A stretch of 64,000 bases of DNA from the sequence record PZ452582.1; one strand, written 5' to 3'. This DNA is from a phage. This document shows, one piece after another, positions 10,200-20,026 of this stretch (position 1 is its first letter; every line of letters starts with the position of its first letter). The notes beneath the pieces are model-generated. The model did not search any database. It was not told where the DNA came from and saw only the letters and a program-made list of their open reading frames with translations. The translations under genes were made by a program, and so were the position numbers.

Positions 10200-10763
10200 A
10201 TGAGCTTATTTGAAGATGATATTCAATTAAACGAGCATCAAGTTGCTTGGTATTCTAAAGATTGGACAGCTGTCCAATCTGCTGCTGATACTTTTAAAGA
10301 AAAAGCTGAAAATGAATTTTTTGAAATAATTGGAGCTATTAATAATAAAACTAAATGCTCTATTGCTCAAAAAGATTATTCAAAATTCATGGTTGAAAAT
10401 GCATTATCACAATTTCCAGAGTGCATGCCAGCTGTATATGCTATGAATTTAATTGGATCAGGCTTAAGTGATGAAGCTCATTTTAATTATCTAATGGCTG
10501 CAGTTCCTCGTGGTAAAAGATATGGTAAATGGGCAAAACTAGTTGAAGATTCCACCGAAGTATTGATTATTAAGTTACTTGCTAAGCGGTATCAAGTTAA
10601 TACAAATGATGCAATTAACTATAAATCAATTCTTACTAAAAATGGAAAACTACCTTTAGTATTAAAAGAACTTAAAGGATTAGTCACGGATGATTTTTTA
10701 AAAGAAGTGACTAAGAACGTAAAAGAACAGAAACAACTCAAAAAACTAGCATTGGAATGGTAA
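10200..10763 (+). CDS. 62: gp62 clamp-loader small subunit
   Basis: 187 aa, abuts gp44; T4 order 44-62-regA. Confidence 0.9.
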   Translation: MSLFEDDIQLNEHQVAWYSKDWTAVQSAADTFKEKAENEFFEIIGAINNKTKCSIAQKDYSKFMVENALSQFPECMPAVYAMNLIGSGLSDEAHFNYLMAAVPRGKRYGKWAKLVEDSTEVLIIKLLAKRYQVNTNDAINYKSILTKNGKLPLVLKELKGLVTDDFLKEVTKNVKEQKQLKKLALEW

Positions 10764-10764
10764 A

Positions 10765-11133
10765 ATGATTGAAATTACTCTTAAAAAACCTGAAGATTTT
10801 CTGAAAGTAAAAGAAACTTTGACTCGTATGGGAATTGCTAATAATAAAGATAAAGTTCTGTATCAGTCCTGTCATATTCTTCAGAAAAAAGGACTATACT
10901 ATATCGTTCATTTTAAAGAAATGCTTCGTATGGATGGTCGCCAAGTTGAAATGACAGAAGAAGATGAAGTTCGTCGTGATTCGATTGCATGGCTGTTAGA
11001 AGATTGGGGACTGATTGAAATCGTTCCTGGTCAAAGAACTTTTATGAAAGATTTAACTAATAACTTCCGAGTTATTTCTTTTAAACAAAAACATGAATGG
11101 AAACTCGTTCCTAAATATACGATTGGTAATTAA
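10765..11133 (+). CDS. regA: RegA translational repressor
   Basis: 122 aa MIEITLKKPEDFLKVKETLTRMGI...; T4 RegA length and position. Confidence 0.9.
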   Translation: MIEITLKKPEDFLKVKETLTRMGIANNKDKVLYQSCHILQKKGLYYIVHFKEMLRMDGRQVEMTEEDEVRRDSIAWLLEDWGLIEIVPGQRTFMKDLTNNFRVISFKQKHEWKLVPKYTIGN

Positions 11134-11134
11134 T

Positions 11135-11356
11135 ATGACTGCTATAACTCCACAAGAATACATGGCGTCTCTTAAAGAAAAATATAATCTTTCTGCGACA
11201 GAAACACTTTTTGATTTACCAGAAAACCTCCAACTAAAATTTCAAGTAGAATTTCAAAAACTAGTTCACCCAGAACAAAAACATTTTACTGCAGTCATTA
11301 AGTCAATTAATGCAGATGGATTGACAATTTTCACCCGGCAAATAGTACTAATTTAA
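11135..11356 (+). CDS. hypothetical protein between regA and gene 43
   Basis: 73-aa ORF from ATG 11135 (MTAITPQEY...), followed by a terminator. Confidence 0.45.
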   Translation: MTAITPQEYMASLKEKYNLSATETLFDLPENLQLKFQVEFQKLVHPEQKHFTAVIKSINADGLTIFTRQIVLI

Positions 11357-11358
11357 GC

Positions 11359-11379
11359 AGGGGCTTCGGCCCCTTATTT
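11359..11379 (+). terminator. intrinsic terminator AGGGGC-TTCG-GCCCCT
   Basis: 6-bp GC stem, UUCG loop, T-rich tail. Confidence 0.6.
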
Positions 11380-11395
11380 GGAGTATAATATATCA

Positions 11396-11433
11396 AGAGC
11401 CTAATAACTCGGGCTATAAACTAAGGAATATCT
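11396..11433 (+). promoter_or_regulatory. gene 43 translational operator hairpin plus SD
   Basis: AGCCU/GGGCU stem with 8-nt loop AAUAACUC (11403-11410), then AAGGAA SD and ATG 11434; matches the gp43 autoregulation operator. Confidence 0.65.
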
Positions 11434-14130
11434 ATGAAAGAATTTTATATCTCTATTGAAACAGTCGGAAATAACATTGTTGAACGTTATATTGATGAAA
11501 ACGGAAAGGAACGTACTCGTGAAGTAGAATATCTTCCGACTATGTTTAGGCATTGTAAGGAAGAGTCAAAATACAAAGACATCTATGGTAAAAACTGCGC
11601 TCCTCAAAAATTTCCATCAATGAAAGATGCTCGAGATTGGATGAAGCGAATGGAAGACATCGGTCTCGAAGCTCTCGGTATGAACGATTTTAAACTCGCT
11701 TATATCAGTGATACATATGGTTCAGAAATTGTTTATGACCGAAAATTTGTTCGTGTAGCTAACTGTGACATTGAGGTTACTGGTGATAAATTTCCTGACC
11801 CAATGAAAGCTGAATATGAAATTGATGCTATCACTCATTACGATTCAATTGATGATCGTTTTTATGTTTTCGACCTTTTGAATTCAATGTATGGTTCAGT
11901 ATCAAAATGGGATGCAAAGTTAGCTGCTAAGCTTGACTGTGAAGGTGGTGATGAAGTTCCTCAAGAAATTCTTGACCGAGTAATTTATATGCCATTCGAT
12001 AACGAGCGTGATATGCTCATGGAATATATCAATCTCTGGGAACAGAAACGACCTGCTATTTTTACTGGTTGGAATATTGAGGGATTTGACGTTCCGTATA
12101 TCATGAATCGCGTTAAAATGGTTCTCGGTGAACGTAGTATGAAACGCTTCTCTCCAATCGGTCGAGTAAAATCTAAACTAATTCAAAATATGTACGGTAG
12201 CAAAGAAATTTATTCTATTGATGGCGTATCTATTCTTGATTATTTAGATTTGTACAAGAAATTCGCTTTTACTAATTTGCCGTCATTCTCTTTGGAATCA
12301 GTTGCTCAACATGAAACCAAAAAAGGTAAATTACCATATGATGGCCCTATTAATAAACTTCGTGAGACTAATCATCAACGATACATTAGTTATAACATCA
12401 TTGACGTAGAATCAGTTCAAGCAATTGATAAAATTCGCGGGTTTATCGATCTAGTTTTAAGTATGTCTTATTATGCTAAAATGCCTTTTTCTGGTGTAAT
12501 GAGTCCTATTAAAACTTGGGATGCTATTATTTTTAACTCATTGAAAGGTGAACATAAGGTTATTCCTCAACAAGGTTCGCATGTTAAACAGAGTTTTCCG
12601 GGTGCATTTGTGTTTGAACCTAAACCAATTGCTCGTCGATATATTATGAGTTTTGACTTGACGTCTCTGTATCCGAGCATTATTCGTCAGGTTAACATTA
12701 GTCCTGAGACTATTCGTGGTCAGTTTAAAGTTCATCCAATTCATGAATATATCGCAGGAACAGCTCCTAAACCAAGTGATGAATATTCTTGTTCTCCGAA
12801 TGGATGGATGTATGATAAGCATCAAGAAGGTATCATTCCAAAGGAAATCGCTAAAGTATTTTTCCAGCGTAAAGATTGGAAAAAGAAAATGTTCGCTGAA
12901 GAAATGAATGCCGAAGCTATTAAAAAGATTATTATGAAAGGCGCAGGGTCTTGTTCAACTAAACCTGAAGTTGAACGATATGTTAAGTTCAGTGATGATT
13001 TCTTAAATGAATTATCGAATTACACTGAATCTGTTCTTAATAGTCTGATCGAAGAATGTGAAAAAGCAGCTACACTTGCTAACACAAATCAGCTGAACCG
13101 TAAAATTCTTATTAACAGTCTTTATGGTGCTCTTGGTAATATTCATTTCCGTTACTATGATTTGCGAAATGCTACTGCTATCACAATTTTCGGCCAAGTT
13201 GGTATTCAGTGGATTGCTCGTAAAATTAATGAATATCTGAATAAAGTATGCGGAACTAATGGCGAAGATTTCATTGCAGCAGGTGATACTGATTCGGTAT
13301 ATGTTTGTGTAGATAAAGTTATTGAAAAAGTTGGTCTTGACCGATTCAAAGAGCAGAACGATTTAGTTGAATTCATGAATCAGTTCGGTAAGAAAAAAAT
13401 GGAACCGATGATTGATGTTGCATATCGTGAGTTATGTGATTATATGAATAACCGCGAGCATCTGATGCATATGGACCGTGAAGCTATTTCTTGCCCTCCG
13501 CTTGGTTCAAAGGGTGTCGGTGGATTTTGGAAAGCGAAAAAGCGTTATGCTCTGAACGTTTATGATATGGAAGATAAGCGATTTGCTGAACCGCATCTAA
13601 AAATCATGGGTATGGAAACTCAGCAAAGTTCAACGCCTAAAGCGGTTCAAGAAGCTCTCGAAGAAAGTATTCGTCGTATTCTTCAGGAAGGTGAAGAGTC
13701 TGTCCAAGAATATTACAAAAACTTCGAGAAAGAATATCGTCAACTTGACTATAAAGTTATTGCTGAAGTAAAAACTGCGAACGATATAGCGAAATATGAT
13801 GATAAAGGTTGGCCAGGATTTAAATGCCCGTTCCATATTCGTGGGGTGCTAACTTATCGTCGAGCTGTTAGCGGTTTAGGTGTAGCTCCAATTTTGGATG
13901 GAAATAAAGTAATGGTTCTTCCATTGCGTGAAGGAAATCCATTTGGTGACAAGTGCATTGCTTGGCCGTCGGGTACAGAACTTCCAAAAGAAATTCGTTC
14001 TGACGTACTGTCTTGGATTGACTACTCAACTTTGTTCCAAAAATCGTTTGTTAAACCGCTTGCAGGCATGTGTGAATCGGCTGGTATGGACTATGAAGAA
14101 AAAGCTTCGTTAGACTTCCTGTTTGGCTGA
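11434..14130 (+). CDS. 43: gp43 DNA polymerase (family B)
   Basis: 898 aa; exonuclease and polymerase motifs (YGG-like, DTDS); T4 gp43 length. Confidence 0.96.
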   Translation: MKEFYISIETVGNNIVERYIDENGKERTREVEYLPTMFRHCKEESKYKDIYGKNCAPQKFPSMKDARDWMKRMEDIGLEALGMNDFKLAYISDTYGSEIVYDRKFVRVANCDIEVTGDKFPDPMKAEYEIDAITHYDSIDDRFYVFDLLNSMYGSVSKWDAKLAAKLDCEGGDEVPQEILDRVIYMPFDNERDMLMEYINLWEQKRPAIFTGWNIEGFDVPYIMNRVKMVLGERSMKRFSPIGRVKSKLIQNMYGSKEIYSIDGVSILDYLDLYKKFAFTNLPSFSLESVAQHETKKGKLPYDGPINKLRETNHQRYISYNIIDVESVQAIDKIRGFIDLVLSMSYYAKMPFSGVMSPIKTWDAIIFNSLKGEHKVIPQQGSHVKQSFPGAFVFEPKPIARRYIMSFDLTSLYPSIIRQVNISPETIRGQFKVHPIHEYIAGTAPKPSDEYSCSPNGWMYDKHQEGIIPKEIAKVFFQRKDWKKKMFAEEMNAEAIKKIIMKGAGSCSTKPEVERYVKFSDDFLNELSNYTESVLNSLIEECEKAATLANTNQLNRKILINSLYGALGNIHFRYYDLRNATAITIFGQVGIQWIARKINEYLNKVCGTNGEDFIAAGDTDSVYVCVDKVIEKVGLDRFKEQNDLVEFMNQFGKKKMEPMIDVAYRELCDYMNNREHLMHMDREAISCPPLGSKGVGGFWKAKKRYALNVYDMEDKRFAEPHLKIMGMETQQSSTPKAVQEALEESIRRILQEGEESVQEYYKNFEKEYRQLDYKVIAEVKTANDIAKYDDKGWPGFKCPFHIRGVLTYRRAVSGLGVAPILDGNKVMVLPLREGNPFGDKCIAWPSGTELPKEIRSDVLSWIDYSTLFQKSFVKPLAGMCESAGMDYEEKASLDFLFG

Positions 14131-14143
14131 TAGAATAAATCTA

Positions 14144-14164
14144 GGGACCTCCGGGTCCCTTTTT
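14144..14164 (+). terminator. intrinsic terminator GGGACC-TCCG-GGTCCC-TTTTT
   Basis: 6-bp GC stem followed by 5 T, just after gene 43 stop. Confidence 0.75.
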
Positions 14165-14233
14165 CATACAAGTAATATAAATCTATACTTATGAAAAACA
14201 GATGATTCTGGACCTTTAGAATTCCCTAAAAAA

Positions 14234-14299
14234 TTTTCACAAAACTGTTTACAAGACTGTTCTTCCATGGTACTATACAACTATCAACTACTGATACAG
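14234..14299 (+). promoter_or_regulatory. early promoter cassette (PeSL-type)
   Basis: GTTTAC 14247-14252, 17-nt spacer, TACTAT 14271-14276, then conserved leader ATCAACTACTGATACAG. Confidence 0.6.
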
Positions 14300-14313
14300 A
14301 TTTGGAGAATAAA

Positions 14314-14550
14314 ATGAAAATTGTTATGGGATGCTTAGCAGTTTGTTTAGTTGCATTAGCAGCAGTTCCATTTGTTAGTGTTGAAAATGATACTCAACCT
14401 GCGATTGAATCTAGCACCGTTATTCACACTAATGGTAAAATATCAGTTAAAATTGATGATAATCTTCATGTGAATACAAATGGATCTTTAGGTGTGCAAA
14501 TGGGTAATACCTGCATAAGCACTACTGGAGTAATTACTACTTGCATTTGA
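14314..14550 (+). CDS. small secreted or membrane protein
   Basis: 78 aa from ATG 14314; hydrophobic N-terminus MKIVMGCLAVCLVALAAVPFVS. Confidence 0.5.
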   Translation: MKIVMGCLAVCLVALAAVPFVSVENDTQPAIESSTVIHTNGKISVKIDDNLHVNTNGSLGVQMGNTCISTTGVITTCI

Positions 14551-14560
14551 GGAAATTATT

Positions 14561-14941
14561 ATGAAAATCGCTATTTTGGTTATTGCATTAGGTCTTACTG
14601 GTTGTGTAGCTCAAGGACCGGTAGTAAATCAGTCTGATGTAGGAAAAATTGTAAACTGTTCAAGCAAATTTTATAATCCTAATGTCAAGTGTTATAAAGA
14701 AGCTCCAAAGCAAACAGTAGAACAAATGCAGGCGAATTTTGACGAAGCTATTCGTCCAGATGAATCTGCTCAAGCATATCGTAATTCGGATGTAATTACA
14801 CGCGAAGAAAAAATTGAAAATTACTGCGCCGAGCTTTGGGCTAATTGGGCTAATAATTACCAATGGCGTACTGGTAAAAATGCTCCGATGGAGTATGTAG
14901 TGAATTCTTATAATTCATGTGTAAAAAATTTGACTAAGTGA
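14561..14941 (+). CDS. putative lipoprotein
   Basis: 126 aa; signal peptide with lipobox LTGC (MKIAILVIALGLTGCVAQ). Confidence 0.5.
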   Translation: MKIAILVIALGLTGCVAQGPVVNQSDVGKIVNCSSKFYNPNVKCYKEAPKQTVEQMQANFDEAIRPDESAQAYRNSDVITREEKIENYCAELWANWANNYQWRTGKNAPMEYVVNSYNSCVKNLTK

Positions 14942-14948
14942 GGAAAAT

Positions 14949-15263
14949 ATGGAAACTTTAGTAGCAGGTTCAATTTTTATGGTTTTAGTTTCAGGTGTGT
15001 TGGCTATTATTATATACATGCTTCCATGGTTTATTGCTTTGATGCGTGGGTCAAAATCGACAGTAGGAATCTTTTTCACATCTTTACTGTTTAACTGGTC
15101 AATTATTGGTTGGTTTATTACATTTATTTGGTCAATTGCGGGTGAAACTAAAAAGTCTGCACAACCAAATCAGGTAATTATCATCAGAGAGAGAAGGAAT
15201 GAAAAGCAAAATTATAGCAGTGTTGCTTTTAATCTTGATGATTATAATAAGTATATACTATAG
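14949..15263 (+). CDS. small integral membrane protein (possible Imm-like exclusion protein)
   Basis: 104 aa with two hydrophobic helices; lies between genes 43 and 42 where T4 imm sits. Confidence 0.5.
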   Translation: METLVAGSIFMVLVSGVLAIIIYMLPWFIALMRGSKSTVGIFFTSLLFNWSIIGWFITFIWSIAGETKKSAQPNQVIIIRERRNEKQNYSSVAFNLDDYNKYIL

Positions 15264-15355
15264 TGTAACGGTTCCTCTTATGATTCCGACTATTATTTTA
15301 GGTTGGAGCTTATTACTGTTACAAGTTAAATATGAATGTATCAATTGAGGTTTAA

Positions 15356-16096
15356 ATGATTAGTGACTCTATGACAGTTGAAGAAATCCGTCTTCATTTG
15401 GGGCTTGCATTAAAAGAAAAAGATTTCGTAGTTGATAAAACCGGTGTTAAAACTATTGAAATTATTGGCGCATCATTTGTAGCAGATGAACCGTTTATTT
15501 TTGGTGCTCTTAATGATGAATACATTCAGCGTGAACTTGAATGGTATAAATCTAAGAGCTTGTTCGTTAAAGATATTCCAGGTGAAACACCGAAGATTTG
15601 GCAACAAGTAGCATCTTCTAAAGGCGAAATTAACTCGAACTATGGTTGGGCTATTTGGTCAGAAGATAACTATGCCCAGTATGATATGTGTTTAGCTGAA
15701 CTTGGTCAAAATCCTGATTCTCGACGTGGTATCATGATTTATACTCGTCCATCCATGCAATTTGACTACAATAAAGATGGTATGTCAGATTTCATGTGTA
15801 CTAATACAGTACAGTACCTGATTCGTGATAAGAAAGTCAATGCAGTAGTAAGCATGCGCTCAAATGACGTGGTCTTCGGATTCCGTAATGATTATGCATG
15901 GCAAAAATACGTATTAGATAAATTAGTATCTGATTTGAATGCCGGCGATTCATCTCGTCAGTATAAAGCAGGTTCTATTATATGGAATGTCGGAAGTCTT
16001 CATGTATATTCTCGTCATTTTTACTTGGTTGATCATTGGTGGAATACTGGCGAAACTCATATTGTGAAAAAAGACTATAAAGGTGAGTGGAAATGA
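15356..16096 (+). CDS. 42: gp42 dCMP hydroxymethylase
   Basis: 246 aa MISDSMTVEEIRLHLGLALKEKDF...; T4 gp42 length; thymidylate-synthase-like fold. Confidence 0.93.
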   Translation: MISDSMTVEEIRLHLGLALKEKDFVVDKTGVKTIEIIGASFVADEPFIFGALNDEYIQRELEWYKSKSLFVKDIPGETPKIWQQVASSKGEINSNYGWAIWSEDNYAQYDMCLAELGQNPDSRRGIMIYTRPSMQFDYNKDGMSDFMCTNTVQYLIRDKKVNAVVSMRSNDVVFGFRNDYAWQKYVLDKLVSDLNAGDSSRQYKAGSIIWNVGSLHVYSRHFYLVDHWWNTGETHIVKKDYKGEWK

Positions 16097-16935
16097 TTCA
16101 ATTCGTAATTCCAAGTTATCAGCGTGTCAGGGCAGTTTCTGCCCTTGATATGTTTCCGACTGATTATGAACCGCATATTGTAGTGCGTGAACATGAAGAA
16201 AAAGCTTATCATGACGCTTATGGGTCTAGAGCTAAAATTATAACTATTCCTGATGATGTAAACGGAATTGCCGGTACTCGTAAAGCAATTACCGATATAT
16301 ATGCAGGTCAACGAATCTGGATGATTGACGATGATACTACTATTCGTATGAGTTCAATGCGAAAAAGAGATGATCGTCGTTGCGTAGATAAAGTCAATCA
16401 ATTGACTCGTGAACAGTTCTATGAATTGATTCAATATGTTGAGGATGCCATGGATTGCGGGTATTATCATGGCCATGCTCGTCTACCTATTTTTAAAATT
16501 ACTTCATCTTGGGGTAATTATCGTGAAAATTCATATGGATTCACGAATACATGGTATGACCTCGGAAAACTTACGACAGAACAAATTGGGTATGGAAAAA
16601 TTGATTTATGCGAAGATATGTATGCATTTCTCAATTTAATTAATCAAGGTTATCCGCATTTGGCCTTGTTCAAATATCTAGTTGTATCTGGAAAAGCACA
16701 AGCTCCTGGCGGGTGCAGTTCAATTCGTAGTAATTCTAAACATAATAGAGCGCTTGAGCAGATTAATAGAGAGTTTCCAGAGCAAGCTCGTTGGAAAACT
16801 TCTAATATTGAAAAACGAAAATCGTTGGGTGAAGAAGACGAACCATTAAAGGTTCTTCGCATGTGCGTTTCACGTAAAGAAAAATCAGAAGCATTTCATA
16901 AGTTTAATGCTATTCATCCAATAGCAGTTGATTAA
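16093..16935 (+). CDS. putative glycosyltransferase (DXD motif) in the beta-gt locus
   Basis: 280 aa from ATG 16093 (ATGA overlap with gene 42 stop); RIWMIDDDTTIR DXD-like motif; not the 351-aa T4 beta-gt. Confidence 0.6.
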   Translation: MIQFVIPSYQRVRAVSALDMFPTDYEPHIVVREHEEKAYHDAYGSRAKIITIPDDVNGIAGTRKAITDIYAGQRIWMIDDDTTIRMSSMRKRDDRRCVDKVNQLTREQFYELIQYVEDAMDCGYYHGHARLPIFKITSSWGNYRENSYGFTNTWYDLGKLTTEQIGYGKIDLCEDMYAFLNLINQGYPHLALFKYLVVSGKAQAPGGCSSIRSNSKHNRALEQINREFPEQARWKTSNIEKRKSLGEEDEPLKVLRMCVSRKEKSEAFHKFNAIHPIAVD

Positions 16936-17012
16936 TGCCTAAATTTATTGTGTTATAATTACTCTATCTTTAACCAGTGAGGAAAATATAATGATGCCTA
17001 TGGAAAAAATGA

Positions 17013-18194
17013 ATGTCTATTGCAGATTTAAAATCCCGTTTGATTAAAGCTTCCACTTCTAAAATGACTGCTGAACTGACTACATCTAAATTCTTTAATG
17101 AAAAGGATGTAATTCGTACAAAAATTCCAATGCTTAATATTGCTATTTCTGGTGCGATTGATGGCGGCATGCAGTCTGGTTTAACTATTTTCGCAGGGCC
17201 TTCTAAACACTTTAAATCAAATATGTCTTTGACTATGGTTGCGGCATATTTGAACAAATATCCTGACGCGGTTTGTCTATTCTATGATAGTGAATTTGGT
17301 ATTACTCCAGCTTATTTGCGATCCATGGGAGTTGACCCGGAACGAGTAATTCATACGCCGATTCAGTCAGTTGAACAGCTGAAAATTGATATGGTGAACC
17401 AGCTTGAAGCTATTGAGCGTGGTGAAAAGGTTATTGTATTCATCGACTCAATTGGTAATATGGCTTCTAAGAAAGAAACGGAAGATGCCTTGAATGAAAA
17501 ATCTGTGGCAGATATGACTCGTGCTAAATCACTGAAGTCATTATTCCGTATTGTTACTCCTTACTTTAGCATTAAAAATATTCCATGTGTTGCGGTTAAC
17601 CATACAATTGAAACAATTGAAATGTTTAGTAAAACCGTGATGACAGGTGGTACAGGCGTAATGTATTCGGCTGATACTGTATTCATTATCGGTAAGCGTC
17701 AGATTAAAGATGGTTCTGATCTTCAGGGGTATCAATTTGTTCTAAATGTAGAAAAATCTCGTACCGTTAAAGAAAAAAGTAAATTCTTTATTGATGTTAA
17801 ATTTGACGGTGGTATCGATCCTTATTCTGGATTGTTAGATATGGCTCTAGAATTAGGATTTGTAGTAAAACCTAAAAATGGTTGGTATGCTCGTGAATTT
17901 CTTGACGAAGAAACCGGCGAGATGATTCGCGAAGAAAAATCTTGGCGTGCAAAAGATACTAACTGCACTACATTCTGGGGTCCTTTATTTAAGCATCAAC
18001 CATTCCGAGATGCTATTAAGCGTGCTTATCAGTTAGGTGCTATTGATAGTAATGAAATTGTTGAAGCGGAAGTTGATGAATTAATTAACTCAAAGGTTGA
18101 AAAATTTAAATCCTCAGAAAGTAAAAGTAAATCAGCAGCTGATTTAGAAACTGACCTCGAGCAGTTAAGTGATATGGAAGAATTTAATGAATAA
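17013..18194 (+). CDS. uvsX: UvsX recombinase (RecA-like)
   Basis: 393 aa MSIADLKSRLIKASTSK...; RecA-like Walker A GPSKHFKS; position between 42 locus and 40/41. Confidence 0.95.
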   Translation: MSIADLKSRLIKASTSKMTAELTTSKFFNEKDVIRTKIPMLNIAISGAIDGGMQSGLTIFAGPSKHFKSNMSLTMVAAYLNKYPDAVCLFYDSEFGITPAYLRSMGVDPERVIHTPIQSVEQLKIDMVNQLEAIERGEKVIVFIDSIGNMASKKETEDALNEKSVADMTRAKSLKSLFRIVTPYFSIKNIPCVAVNHTIETIEMFSKTVMTGGTGVMYSADTVFIIGKRQIKDGSDLQGYQFVLNVEKSRTVKEKSKFFIDVKFDGGIDPYSGLLDMALELGFVVKPKNGWYAREFLDEETGEMIREEKSWRAKDTNCTTFWGPLFKHQPFRDAIKRAYQLGAIDSNEIVEAEVDELINSKVEKFKSSESKSKSAADLETDLEQLSDMEEFNE

Positions 18195-18531
18195 AGATGA
18201 TTTAGATTTAGATCTAGAAATTATCGATGAATCCCCCTCTTCGGAGGGGGAAGAAGAAAGAAAAGAACGTCTTTTTAATGAATCTCTTAAGATAATTAAA
18301 TCTGCCATGGAAAATGTTATCCAGGAGATTGTCATTAAACTAGAAGATGGTTCTACACATATAGTGTATGTAACTAAACTGGATTGGGTTGATGGAAAGG
18401 TTGTAATGGACTTTGCTGTTCTTGACCAAGAAAGAAAAGCTGAGTTAGCTCCTCATGTAGAAAAATGTATTACAATGCAACTACAAGATGCATTTAATAA
18501 AAGGTCAAAGAAAAAGTTTAAATTCTTTTAA
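18187..18531 (+). CDS. 40: gp40 (putative)
   Basis: 114 aa from ATG 18187 (track GTG 18169), between uvsX and 41 as in T4. Confidence 0.6.
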   Translation: MNKDDLDLDLEIIDESPSSEGEEERKERLFNESLKIIKSAMENVIQEIVIKLEDGSTHIVYVTKLDWVDGKVVMDFAVLDQERKAELAPHVEKCITMQLQDAFNKRSKKKFKFF

Positions 18532-18540
18532 GGAGTAAGT

Positions 18541-19968
18541 GTGGTAGAAATTATTCTTTCTCATCTTATATTTGATCAAGCTTATTTTTCAAAAGTTTGG
18601 CCATATATGGATTCAGAATATTTTGAAAGTGGTCCAGCTAAAAATACATTCAAATTAATTAAATCTCATGTCAACGAGTACCATAGCGTTCCATCTATTA
18701 ATGCGTTAAATGTTGCATTAGAAAATAGTTCATTTACTGAAACAGAATATTCTGGTGTAAAAACACTTATTTCAAAACTGGCTGATTCTCCAGAAGACCA
18801 CAGCTGGTTAGTAAAAGAAACAGAAAAATATGTTCAGCAAAGGGCGATGTTTAATGCTACGTCTAAAATAATCGAAATTCAAACTAATGCTGAGCTTCCT
18901 CCGGAAAAACGAAATAAGAAAATGCCGGATGTTGGTGCTATTCCTGACATCATGCGGCAAGCATTATCTATTTCATTTGATAGTTACGTTGGTCATGATT
19001 GGATGGATGACTATGAAGCACGTTGGCTATCTTATATGAATAAAGCTCGTAAAGTTCCATTTAAACTCAGAATTCTAAACAAAATTACTAAAGGCGGAGC
19101 TGAAACAGGAACACTGAACGTTTTAATGGCTGGCGTTAACGTTGGTAAATCATTAGGATTGTGTTCATTAGCGGCAGATTATTTACAGCTCGGACATAAT
19201 GTTCTTTACATTTCCATGGAAATGGCAGAAGAAGTCTGTGCTAAGCGTATTGACGCTAACATGCTTGATGTTTCTCTTGATGACATTGATGATGGGCATA
19301 TTTCTTACGCTGAATATAAAGGAAAAATGGAAAAATGGCGTGAGAAATCTACCCTTGGTCGTTTAATCGTTAAGCAATATCCTACTGGTGGAGCAGACGC
19401 TAATACATTTCGATCACTTTTAAATGAATTAAAGCTCAAGAAGAATTTTGTTCCAACAATCATTATTGTCGACTATCTAGGTATTTGTAAATCTTGCCGC
19501 ATTAGAGTTTATTCAGAAAATAGTTACACAACTGTTAAAGCTATCGCAGAGGAATTGCGTGCTCTGGCTGTTGAAACCGAAACTGTTCTTTGGACTGCAG
19601 CACAGGTTGGTAAACAAGCTTGGGACTCTTCCGATGTTAACATGAGCGATATTGCAGAATCTGCTGGTCTTCCAGCAACAGCTGATTTTATGCTTGCGGT
19701 CATTGAAACCGAGGAGCTAGCAGCTGCTGAACAACAACTCATTAAGCAAATCAAATCACGATATGGTGATAAGAATAAGTGGAATAAGTTTTTGATGGGT
19801 GTTCAAAAAGGAAATCAAAAATGGGTAGAAATTGAACAAGATTCTACTCCAACTGAAGTGAGTGAAGTAGCAGGTTCACAACAGATTCAGGCTGAGCAGA
19901 ATCGCTATCAAAGAAATGAATCCACTCGAGCTCAGTTAGATGCTTTGGCAAATGAATTAAAATTTTAG
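18541..19968 (+). CDS. 41: gp41 replicative DNA helicase (DnaB-like)
   Basis: 475 aa MVEIILSHLIFDQAYF..., GTG start, Walker A GVNVGKS; T4 gp41 length. Confidence 0.95.
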   Translation: MVEIILSHLIFDQAYFSKVWPYMDSEYFESGPAKNTFKLIKSHVNEYHSVPSINALNVALENSSFTETEYSGVKTLISKLADSPEDHSWLVKETEKYVQQRAMFNATSKIIEIQTNAELPPEKRNKKMPDVGAIPDIMRQALSISFDSYVGHDWMDDYEARWLSYMNKARKVPFKLRILNKITKGGAETGTLNVLMAGVNVGKSLGLCSLAADYLQLGHNVLYISMEMAEEVCAKRIDANMLDVSLDDIDDGHISYAEYKGKMEKWREKSTLGRLIVKQYPTGGADANTFRSLLNELKLKKNFVPTIIIVDYLGICKSCRIRVYSENSYTTVKAIAEELRALAVETETVLWTAAQVGKQAWDSSDVNMSDIAESAGLPATADFMLAVIETEELAAAEQQLIKQIKSRYGDKNKWNKFLMGVQKGNQKWVEIEQDSTPTEVSEVAGSQQIQAEQNRYQRNESTRAQLDALANELKF

Positions 19969-19997
19969 TTTACAAGCTGACAAGACTATGGTATAGT
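19968..19997 (+). promoter_or_regulatory. early promoter
   Basis: GTTTAC 19968-19973, 17-nt spacer, TATAGT 19992-19997, upstream of dmd. Confidence 0.55.
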
Positions 19998-20026
19998 AGT
20001 CTTGTTGGTTAAATGAGGAGATTGTT

